Origin: a virus
Lineage: Duplodnaviria; Caudoviricetes
Length of the DNA: 64,000 nucleotides
Virus record (IMG/VR): IMGVR_UViG_2932675082_000001
Coordinates: 1-64,000 of that record
Direction: 5' to 3' (one strand)
Positions within the stretch are counted from its first letter, which is position 1; every line of letters begins with the position of its first letter. Positions 8,365-17,456 of the stretch are shown piece after piece. Both the position numbers and the translations under genes were made by a program. The notes under the pieces were generated by a model that saw only the letters and a list, made by a program, of their open reading frames with translations, ran no database searches and was not told the DNA's origin.

Positions 8365-11157
8365 CTATCGGCGCGCGTAGTTCTGCCAGGTCGTGCTGTT
8401 GCGCATGCCGAGCTGGTACATCTGCTTCTCCAGCACGTCGCGGAGATCGGCCTCGGAGAGCACCGACCCCTGCACGGTCACGTTGACGACGTAGGTGGGT
8501 GCGCCGCTGCCCGTAGCAGTGCCAGCCATGGCGAGCGCGGGGGCGCCGGCTCCGGCAAACCGGCCGGTGAGACCGTCGGCGAGACCGGTCATGGAGTTGA
8601 TGGCGACCTGACCGTGGTCGTCGATCCCCTGGGCGATGCCGTGCGGGATCCACTGACCGACTTCCTGTGCGAAGACCTTCGACGGGCTGGAGATGCCGAG
8701 GAAGCTTTTCGCGGCGTTGAGGGCGTCGTTGGCCAAGTTCTTGATCGCGTTCTTGAGCCAATTCCAGCCGCCCTCGATACCCCTGATCATTCCATTGATG
8801 ATCTCTGTGCCGATGCTGGCGAAGCTTCCCGCGATTTGTTTCGCCGCGTTCCATGCACTGACCAGGCCGTTCCAGATCGCTGATGCGATGTTGCCGACGA
8901 CGTTCGCAACGGAACTTGCCGCGCTCTCAATCGGGCCGACGATCGCCCCCCGGATCCACTCCCAGAGGGAGCGAGCGACGCCGAGGATGCCGTGCCACAC
9001 AGCGGACAGCCAACCCGACACCATGTTCCACAGGCCGACCAGACCCTGCCACGTGTCGACCATCGGGTTGATGACCAGCCACTTGATCGCACTCCACACG
9101 AACGAGGCCACGCTAGAGATCGCGTTCCACACGCCCACCAGAAAGTCCCGGACGGCATTCCACACCGTCGTGGCAACGGAAATGATCTGCTCGTGGCAGT
9201 GATTCCAGATCGCGATGATGACGGCCAAGACCGGCAGGAAAATCACCAGCAGCAGCGGCCACCATTTCCGGAAGAACCCCGAGATCGCGTTCCACACCGT
9301 CGTCGTGACCGACGCGATCGCGTGCCACGCCGCCTCGATCCCGTGCCACACCGCAGCGGCCGCACCGACCAGCGCTGACCACACCGACTGCAGTGTGTGC
9401 CACATCGACTGAGCGGCCTGCTCGACACCGCGGAACGCCGTCTGGACGATCCGCCGGAAGGCTTCGCTGTGGCTGTAGGCGTAGACGAGCCCGGCCACGA
9501 GCGCGGCCAGCCCGATGACGATCAGCATGATCGGGTTGGCGTCCATCACCGCGTTGAGCGCGGCCTGCGCGACGGCCATGGCCTTGGAGGCGGCCGCCGC
9601 GAGCTTCGTTCCGATTTCGAAGTCCCGCACGGCCGTTGTCGCGGCGACGAGCCCGCGGCCGATGTCGGCGATACCCTTCACGGCCCCGACGACCGCACCG
9701 GTCGCGAACCTGATCACTGCCGCCGTCAGGACTCCGCCGATCACCGCGGCCAGGGCCTCGGCCACTCCCTTGTGCTGTAGGAAGTAGTTGGTGACCGCCA
9801 GGACGACCGGGATCAACTTGGTGCCGATCGTGATCGCCGCGACTTCGAGGCGCTCTTTCAGCTGGGACATCTGGAAGTTGAACGTCTGCTGGATCTCGGC
9901 CCAGCCGTGGATGTCCTTGCCAGCGTTCTTGCCAGCCTCGCCGACAGTCGCGACGTTCTTCTGGAAGTCGGCCATCGACTCCCCGCCGAGCATGAGGGCG
10001 GTGTTGAGGCCGGTAGCCCCGCCCATCATCTTCTTCATGCTCGCGTTGAAGGTCTCCTCAGCGGGACCGCCTGCCTTCAACTGCTGGTTGAACCCCTGCG
10101 ACTTGTTGATCAGCGTCGCGAACTGCGATGCCAGGTTGGCCTGGTCGACCGGCAGACCCTTGAGGGTCGACCTCCAGTCGCCCATCGAGATCTTCCCGGC
10201 CTGGAACTCCTTGGCCACGTCCTGAAGCGACTTCGGCATCGACGCGAGCATCGCGTTCGCGTCCGCAGCGGCCTGCTTCGAGCTGTTGAAGGTCGACAAC
10301 AGCACGGTGCCGGCCGGGCCCATGTGCTGCAGGATCGCCTGCTGCAGCATGTCGATCGTGCCGGTCAGGCCTCGCTCGCCGAGCTTGGTGGAAATGTCGA
10401 CCGAGCTGAGCCCGAGGCGCTGCATCTCCTGCACCGCAACGTTGTTCGGAGCCTGGAGCGAGCGAATGCTGAACGCCAGCTCCTGGGTCGCCTCACGTGC
10501 CGACGTGCCGTGGTTGGTCAGCGTGGCGATCGCGCCGCCGATCTGATCAAACCCAAGGTGTGCGGCCGATGCGATCGGCAGGACCGTGGCGAGACTGCTG
10601 GAGAACTCGCTGAACGTCATCTTGCCTGCACCGACCGCCGCCACCATCTGATTGGTGATGGTCGTCGCCTGCTCGGCCGGCAGGTGGTACGACTTCAAGG
10701 CGCTGGTGACCGCGTTGGACACCTCAGCCAACGGCGCCTGCTCGGCGCGGGCACCCTCCGCCGCCGACTTCAAAACCGTCAGGCCGTCAGCCCCGTGGAA
10801 CCCGGCGGACTCCACCAAGTACATGCCGTCGGCGAGTTGCTTGGTGCTGGTGCCCGTGTCGACGGCGAGCTTCTTTACGCCCTCGGAGACCATGTTGAGG
10901 TTGGCCTGGGACTCGCCCGCCGTGGTGGTGAGCTTGAGCATCGACGCCTGGAAGTCGCCGGCCATCTTGATGCTGACCCCGGCGACGGCGACGCCTGCCG
11001 CGGTGGTGGCCGCGCCGAGCTTCGTCATCATCCCGCCCAGGCCACCCATCCGGGCGGTGAACGACTCGCCTTCCTCGGACGCTGTACGCAGGCCAGAGCT
11101 GAACGGAGCCGTCTCGACCCGCAGGATCGAGTACAGGTCTGCGACCTCGGTAGCCAC
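8365..11157 (-). CDS. tail tape measure protein (TP901-like)
   Basis: 930 aa Ala-rich helical protein with Trp-periodic repeats; LGISSPSKVF motif. Confidence 0.92.
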   Translation of the reverse strand: MATEVADLYSILRVETAPFSSGLRTASEEGESFTARMGGLGGMMTKLGAATTAAGVAVAGVSIKMAGDFQASMLKLTTTAGESQANLNMVSEGVKKLAVDTGTSTKQLADGMYLVESAGFHGADGLTVLKSAAEGARAEQAPLAEVSNAVTSALKSYHLPAEQATTITNQMVAAVGAGKMTFSEFSSSLATVLPIASAAHLGFDQIGGAIATLTNHGTSAREATQELAFSIRSLQAPNNVAVQEMQRLGLSSVDISTKLGERGLTGTIDMLQQAILQHMGPAGTVLLSTFNSSKQAAADANAMLASMPKSLQDVAKEFQAGKISMGDWRSTLKGLPVDQANLASQFATLINKSQGFNQQLKAGGPAEETFNASMKKMMGGATGLNTALMLGGESMADFQKNVATVGEAGKNAGKDIHGWAEIQQTFNFQMSQLKERLEVAAITIGTKLIPVVLAVTNYFLQHKGVAEALAAVIGGVLTAAVIRFATGAVVGAVKGIADIGRGLVAATTAVRDFEIGTKLAAAASKAMAVAQAALNAVMDANPIMLIVIGLAALVAGLVYAYSHSEAFRRIVQTAFRGVEQAAQSMWHTLQSVWSALVGAAAAVWHGIEAAWHAIASVTTTVWNAISGFFRKWWPLLLVIFLPVLAVIIAIWNHCHEQIISVATTVWNAVRDFLVGVWNAISSVASFVWSAIKWLVINPMVDTWQGLVGLWNMVSGWLSAVWHGILGVARSLWEWIRGAIVGPIESAASSVANVVGNIASAIWNGLVSAWNAAKQIAGSFASIGTEIINGMIRGIEGGWNWLKNAIKNLANDALNAAKSFLGISSPSKVFAQEVGQWIPHGIAQGIDDHGQVAINSMTGLADGLTGRFAGAGAPALAMAGTATGSGAPTYVVNVTVQGSVLSEADLRDVLEKQMYQLGMRNSTTWQNYARR

Positions 11158-11202
11158 CCGCAGCCCTCCTCTGGACGAGTTGGAACGGGGCGGGTGTTCA
11201 GG

Positions 11203-11667
11203 TCAGAGCCGTGGCCACCCTGGGCGGAACACGGCTTGGAAGACCTGGGGCAGGACCGTGGTACGTACGAAGCGCACCGCCGGGCCGAGGAACGGATAGG
11301 TCGCGCCGTTGCGCAGCCCCGTCTCCAGGTACAGGCCATACCGGCTCGACGGGGTCCGGCCGTACGGGGGTACCTGGCCGGGCTTGGTGCCGACCTTCAA
11401 CTCCCAGCCCCCTGCGGTCCGAACCGGAGTCGTGCGGGCGATCGAGCGTCTGAGCGTGCCCGACACGATGGCAGGACCAGACCCAGGCCGGGCCGGCGTG
11501 GGGGTGCCGCGGGGGTGCGAGCCCGACGACGCGTTGATCTGCGCCTGGCGCACCGCCGCGTCACCCAGTTTCAGCAGCGCCTCACGTGCCTTGGCCTCGC
11601 CGGCCGCGCCAATCTCCACGAACAGCCGTGTGAACATGCCGGGCCTCAACTCGGGCACCACCACCAC
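11203..11667 (-). CDS. HK97 gp10-like tail completion/neck protein
   Basis: GPAIVSGTLRRSI...YGLYLETG...YPFLGPA. Confidence 0.7.
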   Translation of the reverse strand: MVVVPELRPGMFTRLFVEIGAAGEAKAREALLKLGDAAVRQAQINASSGSHPRGTPTPARPGSGPAIVSGTLRRSIARTTPVRTAGGWELKVGTKPGQVPPYGRTPSSRYGLYLETGLRNGATYPFLGPAVRFVRTTVLPQVFQAVFRPGWPRL

Positions 11668-11676
11668 CCCCCCCGG

Positions 11677-11937
11677 CTACCGGCGGTGCGCCGCCTGCGC
11701 CCGCTCATGCTCGTCGCGTTCCTGCTTGGCGATCAGCGCCAGGAAGTCCACGCAGTACCGGCGCACGTAGTCGGGAGTCTCCTGCAACTCGGCCCATGAC
11801 CAGTGCATGCGCCGCATCAGGATGAAATCGGTCCACTCCGGTGGCTCGGCCCCGGAGTTCCACGTGCCGTCGAGGATCGACTCCACAGGCGCGAGTACGT
11901 CCTCGAAGTACGGGGAACCGGGGCCTACCTGGGGTTT
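11677..11937 (-). CDS. tail assembly chaperone GT extension, reached by -1 frameshift
   Basis: -1 frame from the slippery site A AAC CCC reads PQVGPGSPYFEDVLAPVESILDG...MHWSWAELQETP. Confidence 0.75.
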   Translation of the reverse strand, partial: KPQVGPGSPYFEDVLAPVESILDGTWNSGAEPPEWTDFILMRRMHWSWAELQETPDYVRRYCVDFLALIAKQERDEHERAQAAHRR

Positions 11938-12332
11938 GCCGCGTTGCCGATCTCCTCGGCCAGCAGGTTCACGGCGGCGATCGGCAGTTTCGCGACGGTT
12001 TCCGGGCTCGGGGAACCGAGCGGCTGCTGGCCGCTCGCCTCCAGGCTGGCCATCAGGTCGGCGAGGTCGCCGCCGGCGGGCAGGCCGTCGGGGACGGCGA
12101 CATCGGTCGAGTCGTACATGCCTCGCCAGTCGACGATCAGCGCGGCGAACACGGCGTGCATCGCCCGGCGTGCTGCTTCCCGGTCCACGGGCTCGCCCGC
12201 GGCGTTGACCTCGATCGGCTCCGGCTCCAGGACCTCCGGCGGGACGAGCCGCGGGTTGCGGATGAGGATCGAGGCGTCGTCGCCGAGCTCGGGGATCCGC
12301 AGCAGGATGAAGCGGTTGGCGTATCCGGACAT
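11925..12332 (-). CDS. tail assembly chaperone G
   Basis: acidic 135-aa ORF between tail tube and tape measure; ends ...GCA AAC CCC AGG TAG. Confidence 0.8.
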   Translation of the reverse strand: MSGYANRFILLRIPELGDDASILIRNPRLVPPEVLEPEPIEVNAAGEPVDREAARRAMHAVFAALIVDWRGMYDSTDVAVPDGLPAGGDLADLMASLEASGQQPLGSPSPETVAKLPIAAVNLLAEEIGNAANPR

Positions 12333-12372
12333 GTGGTTGGTGCTCCTTGCGGTTGAGGGCTGCGCGCGGTGC

Positions 12373-13542
12373 TCAGTAGGCGGTGGTGTTCCAGTTGAGG
12401 AGGGTGGCCTGTATGGCGCCGCCGTCGGTGGTGTTGTAGATGCCGACCAGCGAGAAGTCCGCCTGGGCGTAGGTGGATCCGAGGTCCCGCTTGCCCTTGA
12501 GGTAGCCGCTCTTGCTCATGGTCAGGGCGAGGGACTGGCCGCCGCGGGCTACGGGCTGCTGGAGGGTCGCGGTGGTCGCGGTCTGGGTGTAGTTGAGGTA
12601 CAGGCCGAGGTCGGTCTGGTTCTCGAAGATGGCCTTGTAGGTGCCGTCGCACTCCAGTGGTCCCGCGAAGATTTCGCGCGGCGCCTGCACACCGTCCGAA
12701 CTCTGGATCGCTTCGACGGCGCGCTTGACGGTCAGGTCCAGCGTCAGGCCGCGGGTCGATGCCGCGCCGGCGTTGGTCATCAGCCAGGACCAGCCGAGCA
12801 GCGGGTCGAACGTCGAGAACGACGGGGTCGCCGACGACTGCGTGGTCGAGGGCATGGATGTCGCCTTGACGGACAGCTGGAGCCCGCCCTTTGGGTCGAT
12901 CTTGAACTGCAGGTCGCTCCACCTCACGTAGCTGCAGCTGATGGTCTGGGTGGTGTCGTACAGCGTCAGGCTGTACGTCGGCAGCGGGCTGGTGGACTGC
13001 TTGAAGGTGTGCGTGGTCGGTGTGCTCACTGCCACGCTCGACGCGTGGGCCAGCTGCAGCCCGACCCGGTTGGCGCCGATCTTGCCGAGCACAGTGGTCA
13101 CGTTCGAGGTGTACGGGCCGGTGCCGGTCGCGGCACCGTCCGTCCACGCGTACTCGGTGTTGCCAGCGGTGTCGATGCGGATAACCGTGCCGGCCGGGAG
13201 CGACGCGGCGGTCGTGATCGAGGTCGCGCCGATGCTGGTGGGCGCCGACAGAGTCGTCGTCGTGGCCGGCGTGACAGTGTCGGGCCCGATCACGGCGGTG
13301 AGGAAATGCCCGATCAGGTCCGGGTAGGCGAGCAGGTCCAGGGCCCAGGTGGCGTGCACCGTGCCCTGGTAGACGCCCTGCAGCACGGTGTCGTTGCCGC
13401 GGATGCTCTCGTCCTTCACCTCCGTGAAGGCGTCCTCGAAGTCACCCTTGAGGAAGGGGATTCCGATGGTCGGCGCCACGTAGGTGCCGGCCGTCGACTC
13501 CCGGGCGAGGCCGAGGGTTGCGAGGCGGGAAAGCTGGGTCAC
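12373..13542 (-). CDS. major tail tube protein
   Basis: LGLARESTAGTYVAPT N-terminus; position and 389-aa size. Confidence 0.8.
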   Translation of the reverse strand: MTQLSRLATLGLARESTAGTYVAPTIGIPFLKGDFEDAFTEVKDESIRGNDTVLQGVYQGTVHATWALDLLAYPDLIGHFLTAVIGPDTVTPATTTTLSAPTSIGATSITTAASLPAGTVIRIDTAGNTEYAWTDGAATGTGPYTSNVTTVLGKIGANRVGLQLAHASSVAVSTPTTHTFKQSTSPLPTYSLTLYDTTQTISCSYVRWSDLQFKIDPKGGLQLSVKATSMPSTTQSSATPSFSTFDPLLGWSWLMTNAGAASTRGLTLDLTVKRAVEAIQSSDGVQAPREIFAGPLECDGTYKAIFENQTDLGLYLNYTQTATTATLQQPVARGGQSLALTMSKSGYLKGKRDLGSTYAQADFSLVGIYNTTDGGAIQATLLNWNTTAY

Positions 13543-13742
13543 AGCGCGGTCTCCTCACTGGGCGAGGCCTGCGCGGCGGCGGCCTTCCTGCTGGGCTTGG
13601 CAGCCGGCACGGGGCCTGGCTGCTCGGGTACCGGCTCGAAGCCGGCGATCGGGGTGGGCCAGTCGACCAGCTCGCCCGGCGCCACGGTGGCGGGGATCGC
13701 GGGGATGTCGACCGGGGCGTCGTGCAGGGATCGCTGCAGCAC
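13539..13742 (-). CDS. small hypothetical virion-region protein
   Basis: GGAGG RBS and GTG start (VLQRSLHDAP). Confidence 0.55.
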   Translation of the reverse strand: MLQRSLHDAPVDIPAIPATVAPGELVDWPTPIAGFEPVPEQPGPVPAAKPSRKAAAAQASPSEETAL

Positions 13743-13773
13743 GCGGTGCCTCCGGGGCGCAAAAAGGGGAGTG

Positions 13774-14259
13774 TCAGCCGGTGAACTCGGCGTCGTCGGC
13801 GAAGTAGGTGATCTCGGCGCGGAACTCGGCGTCGGCCGGGACAGTGGCGGCAGGGTCCTCGAACCGCACGTCCACCCAGTGCGGGCTTTCGGCGACGGAG
13901 CGGAACCGGCCGCCGTGGGAGTGGTCGCCGGGAAAGGCGCCGATGCGGGCCAGGACGTCATCGACTGCGGAGTCGAAAGCCCGCTGGTCGGCCTCGGAGG
14001 TGCCGCTTCCGCTGGACAGCGGCCACACCAGCTTGAGGTGGAACTCGTAGGTGGCCATGCGGCGCTGGTTGGCGAACCGTTCCTCCCGGATGGTGCGCCG
14101 CAGCACGAAGACGTTGGAGCCGCGCCGACCCGGGGTTCGGGGCATGTATGCCTGGACGTTCTGCCACTGGCCGCCAGCAGTGGTCAGCAGGGCGGGGAGG
14201 CCGTCACCGGACGTGGTGAGCCAGGCGACCTCGCGGTCGACAGCGTCAGCCGTGGACAC
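13774..14259 (-). CDS. putative tail terminator / head-tail joining protein
   Basis: 161 aa upstream of the tail tube; AGGAGG RBS. Confidence 0.65.
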   Translation of the reverse strand: MSTADAVDREVAWLTTSGDGLPALLTTAGGQWQNVQAYMPRTPGRRGSNVFVLRRTIREERFANQRRMATYEFHLKLVWPLSSGSGTSEADQRAFDSAVDDVLARIGAFPGDHSHGGRFRSVAESPHWVDVRFEDPAATVPADAEFRAEITYFADDAEFTG

Positions 14260-14262
14260 CGC

Positions 14263-14979
14263 TCACCTCCTCCTGCGCCTGCGCCACGTTCTTGCGCGGT
14301 GGTGGACGAGCGTGCGGCGCCGGTAGTGGCGGTGGATGGAGCGGGTCGCGCGGCGGCGGTGGTAGCGCACCTGCAGCGTCTTGAGGGAGGCGTTGCGCCG
14401 GGTGGCACCGGGGTGGCGGGCGTGCGGACGGTGCGCTCCCGGGTGACGGCCGGGGTGTGTGCCCGTGTGGCGGGCGCGGTGGGCGTGCAGGCGGTGGGTG
14501 TGTGCCGCGCTGGCCTTGCGGCGCCGGTGGGGGGATCCGTGCTTCCGGGCGGAGGCGTGGCGGTGGCGCGCCAGGTGATGCCGCGGGTGCGTGCCGTGCC
14601 GCGGATGCTTGCGGCCCTTGAGTCGCGCGGAGATCTTCGCCCGGGCCGCGGCGCTGAGCCGGTGCCCGGCATGATGGCGGCCCCGCAGCCGGGCCGAGAT
14701 TTTCGCCCTGGCCGCAGCCGACAGCCGATGCCCCGGATGGTGCCGGCCGCGGAGCTTCGCAGCGATCTTCGCGCGCGCCGCCGCAGACAGCTTGTGGCCC
14801 TTCGGATGACGACCCCGCAGCCGCGCCGAAATCTTGCCGCGGGCCGCAGCCGACAGCCGGTGCCCCTTGTGCGGGTGCTTCTTGCCCCGCATCCGCGCCG
14901 ACAACTTGGCCCGTGCCGCAGCCGACAGGTGCCGGTGCGACGCGCCCCGCATCGCCTGATGGCGGCTCGCCCAGGCCAT
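14263..14979 (-). CDS. extremely basic His/Arg/Lys-rich repeat protein (NUMOD3-like repeats)
   Basis: five copies of H[RK]LSAAARAKISARLRG; no Asp or Glu in 238 aa; TGATG coupling to the upstream gene. Confidence 0.7.
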   Translation of the reverse strand: MAWASRHQAMRGASHRHLSAAARAKLSARMRGKKHPHKGHRLSAAARGKISARLRGRHPKGHKLSAAARAKIAAKLRGRHHPGHRLSAAARAKISARLRGRHHAGHRLSAAARAKISARLKGRKHPRHGTHPRHHLARHRHASARKHGSPHRRRKASAAHTHRLHAHRARHTGTHPGRHPGAHRPHARHPGATRRNASLKTLQVRYHRRRATRSIHRHYRRRTLVHHRARTWRRRRRR

Positions 14980-15641
14980 CAGCGCCTCGTGTACGGGGCG
15001 AGCATCTCCAGGGCGTCGGCGCGCAGAGCATCTGGGTCGTGGCCGCTGCGCCCGTCGACCGGGTCGAGCTGCTTCACGGCCATGGACGCGGCCATGTACT
15101 GGCAGGCCTGCACCAGATCAGCGGGCACCGTGCCGTAGCCGCCCCCGTACGTCACCAGGATCGTGGTACCGGGCGGCACGAACGTACCCAGCTGGAAACG
15201 CACGTGGCCGGTGTCCGGCTCGTACTGCACCGTCGAGGTGTTGACGGTCTGGGTGCCCGAGTACGAGCGGGCCAGGCTGAGCGCGGTGATGCTGCCCGTC
15301 CACATCTCCGGGTACCGCGGCGGGAACTCGCGGACCCAGAAGTGGCGCACCAGCAGGGTGGATCCGAGCGACTGCGCGCGGGAGAAGCCGAGCTGACTGG
15401 TGGGGTCGAGCGGCACGTACGCGTCGAGGGCGTCCTCGACGTCCATGGCCTCGGCGCGCAGGGTCTCGGTGACCCCGGTGAACGGTGCGAGGCGGCGGTC
15501 GCATGCGGACTCGCAGGCGCGGGTGGCCTGCAGCATCAGGTTCGACTTGGCCTGTGTCGAGTACCCGGAGACGAGGTTCGCGAACGGCCCTTCCGTGAAG
15601 TTCGCGACACTGGCGAGCGGGGTGGGGTTGTCGACGGCCAC
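14979..15641 (-). CDS. head-tail connector/adaptor protein
   Basis: LLQATRACESACDRRL...VTYGGGYGTVPADLVQAC...EMLAPY pattern. Confidence 0.75.
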   Translation of the reverse strand: MAVDNPTPLASVANFTEGPFANLVSGYSTQAKSNLMLQATRACESACDRRLAPFTGVTETLRAEAMDVEDALDAYVPLDPTSQLGFSRAQSLGSTLLVRHFWVREFPPRYPEMWTGSITALSLARSYSGTQTVNTSTVQYEPDTGHVRFQLGTFVPPGTTILVTYGGGYGTVPADLVQACQYMAASMAVKQLDPVDGRSGHDPDALRADALEMLAPYTRR

Positions 15642-15672
15642 GGTTCACTACCTCTCACGCCAGGGCGGGTGT

Positions 15673-15933
15673 CTACTCGGTGGCGGCCTGCTGGTCGGGC
15701 GTGCGGCGGGTGTACTTGCGCTTCGGCGGCTCGGTGGCATCCGGCGGGCCGGGCGCTTCCTCGGCCTCGGCCGGCTGCGTCACCGCCATGTGCGGCACGT
15801 GCTCGAACCCGGCGTCCGGGATGGCCAGCAGCTCGACCGCCAGCTCGTCCGGCACCTCCACGACGTCGTCCGGCGTCGACCAGGTCAGGCCGCCTGGCGC
15901 CGATCCTGGCGCGTTCTTCTTGCGGAGCTTCAT
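15673..15933 (-). CDS. small protein downstream of the capsid gene
   Basis: MKLRKKNAPG...VVEVPDELAVELLAIP. Confidence 0.65.
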   Translation of the reverse strand: MKLRKKNAPGSAPGGLTWSTPDDVVEVPDELAVELLAIPDAGFEHVPHMAVTQPAEAEEAPGPPDATEPPKRKYTRRTPDQQAATE

Positions 15934-16010
15934 CGGGGGCGAACCCTTCATCGTGTTGAAGTCGGCCGTGTGGCGGGCGCCCGCCCTCTCACAGCGGGCG
16001 CCCGGGGGTG

Positions 16011-17372
16011 CTACAGGCTCGCCGACAGGCGGGAGAGCCGGCCGACGTACTTCGGCGCCCGGCAGGCGAGCGTGGTGTCGGTGACCACCGCGAACGGCAG
16101 GGTGTCCGGGGCGGTGACGGTCGGCGCGAGCGGGATGATCTGCATGTCGCGCGTGTACGGGCGGACGAGGAAGTTCTCGTCGCGGGGCACCAGGTAGACG
16201 TCTTCCTGCGGGGTGTTGCCGGTGCGCGGCAGGGCGCCGGTGTTGGTGCCGACGTAGGCCGACGGGCCGGTGTTGCCGGAGGAGTTGGTGAGGAGGTTGG
16301 CGCCGGTGTCGATGATCGACGTGGTGGCGGTGCCGGTGGTGTCGAACGCGTCGACGGTGCCGATCAGGGATTCGGTGCCGGTCGCGGTGGACCGGTAGAC
16401 CTTGTACATGATCGGGGAGAGGCCGTCGGGCAGGTTCGTCGGCGTGGAGAAGCTGAGGGTGACGGTGCTGGTCGAGCCGGTGGTGGTCTGGGACACCTCG
16501 GCGGCCGACAGGATCTCGCCGAAGCGGGCGACGACCGCGGAGACCCGGTAGTAGTACGTTGCCGCCGCCAGCGAGCCGCCGGTGGTGGCGGTGGCGGTGG
16601 AGACGGTGCTCATCTGCGCGCTTCGGGTCGACAGGAACGACGACTTGACGATCGGGATGTCGCGGTACGTCGGCACGTTGAGGCCGGCGCCGATCGTGGT
16701 CGTCGGCGCCTGGAAGCGCTGCTGGGCGACGAGCGACTGGCCGACGGCGGACGCCATCCTGGGGCTCATGACGAACATGTAGTTGCTGCCGATCGGCATC
16801 GCGGCGTTCGTCTCGACCAGGTCGATGAGCTGGTCGAGGTAGTGCAGTGCGAACGACGCGTTGATGTCCAGGGCGTTGACGAACGCGTTGGAACCGGTGC
16901 CCGCCGACCAGTTGGACACCAGGTAGTCCAGGCCGGAGCTGATCGGGTACTGGCCGTTGGCGGTGGCCGGGTCGTTGCCCCAGATGAACGAGTTCTCCAG
17001 CGTCCACAGCATCGACGACATGGTGCCGTCGAGTTCGAGCTGGCGCAGGTCGCCGACGATGTCGCGGGTGACGACCTGGGCGTAGCCGGTGACGGAGCCG
17101 ACGGCCTGGTAGAGCCGGACGTTGAAGACGGCCTGCTCGTAGGTGCTGTTGCCGATCGGGCGGGCGCCGCCGTCGACGACGCCGCCGCTGTCGGGCCGGT
17201 TGGTGCGGCGGTTGAAGAAGTACTGAGTCGAGTTCCACTGCTTCGTCGGGATCGCGGCGAGGAGCGGCGCGTACCGGCGCTGGTACTCCAGCAGCAGCGG
17301 GGAGATCGACTTGGGGATGAGGGGGGAGACGGTCCCCGCGGTGGTGATGGCTTCCTGCAGCTCGTTCGGCAC
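16011..17372 (-). CDS. major capsid protein with an inserted Ig/Fn3-like domain
   Basis: position after the scaffold; 453 aa; insert GGSLAAATYYYRVSAV...YKVYRS...IDTG. Confidence 0.85.
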   Translation of the reverse strand: MPNELQEAITTAGTVSPLIPKSISPLLLEYQRRYAPLLAAIPTKQWNSTQYFFNRRTNRPDSGGVVDGGARPIGNSTYEQAVFNVRLYQAVGSVTGYAQVVTRDIVGDLRQLELDGTMSSMLWTLENSFIWGNDPATANGQYPISSGLDYLVSNWSAGTGSNAFVNALDINASFALHYLDQLIDLVETNAAMPIGSNYMFVMSPRMASAVGQSLVAQQRFQAPTTTIGAGLNVPTYRDIPIVKSSFLSTRSAQMSTVSTATATTGGSLAAATYYYRVSAVVARFGEILSAAEVSQTTTGSTSTVTLSFSTPTNLPDGLSPIMYKVYRSTATGTESLIGTVDAFDTTGTATTSIIDTGANLLTNSSGNTGPSAYVGTNTGALPRTGNTPQEDVYLVPRDENFLVRPYTRDMQIIPLAPTVTAPDTLPFAVVTDTTLACRAPKYVGRLSRLSASL

Positions 17373-17456
17373 CGGAAGCTCCTCCTGTCATGCGAAAGCC
17401 CCGCTCGGCGTGGCCGGCGGGGCGTTGGTCTGTGGGGGTTGGGGGTGCTGCCGGTG

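Noticed and set aside
5510-8854. 1114-aa length for the tail protein as given in the ORF track
   Set aside because: The first 166 codons overlap the tape measure gene; the RBS and GTG at 8356 give the credible start.
11803-15138. 1111-aa plus-strand ORF
   Set aside because: Antisense shadow of the tail/connector genes; low-complexity translation typical of high-GC DNA.
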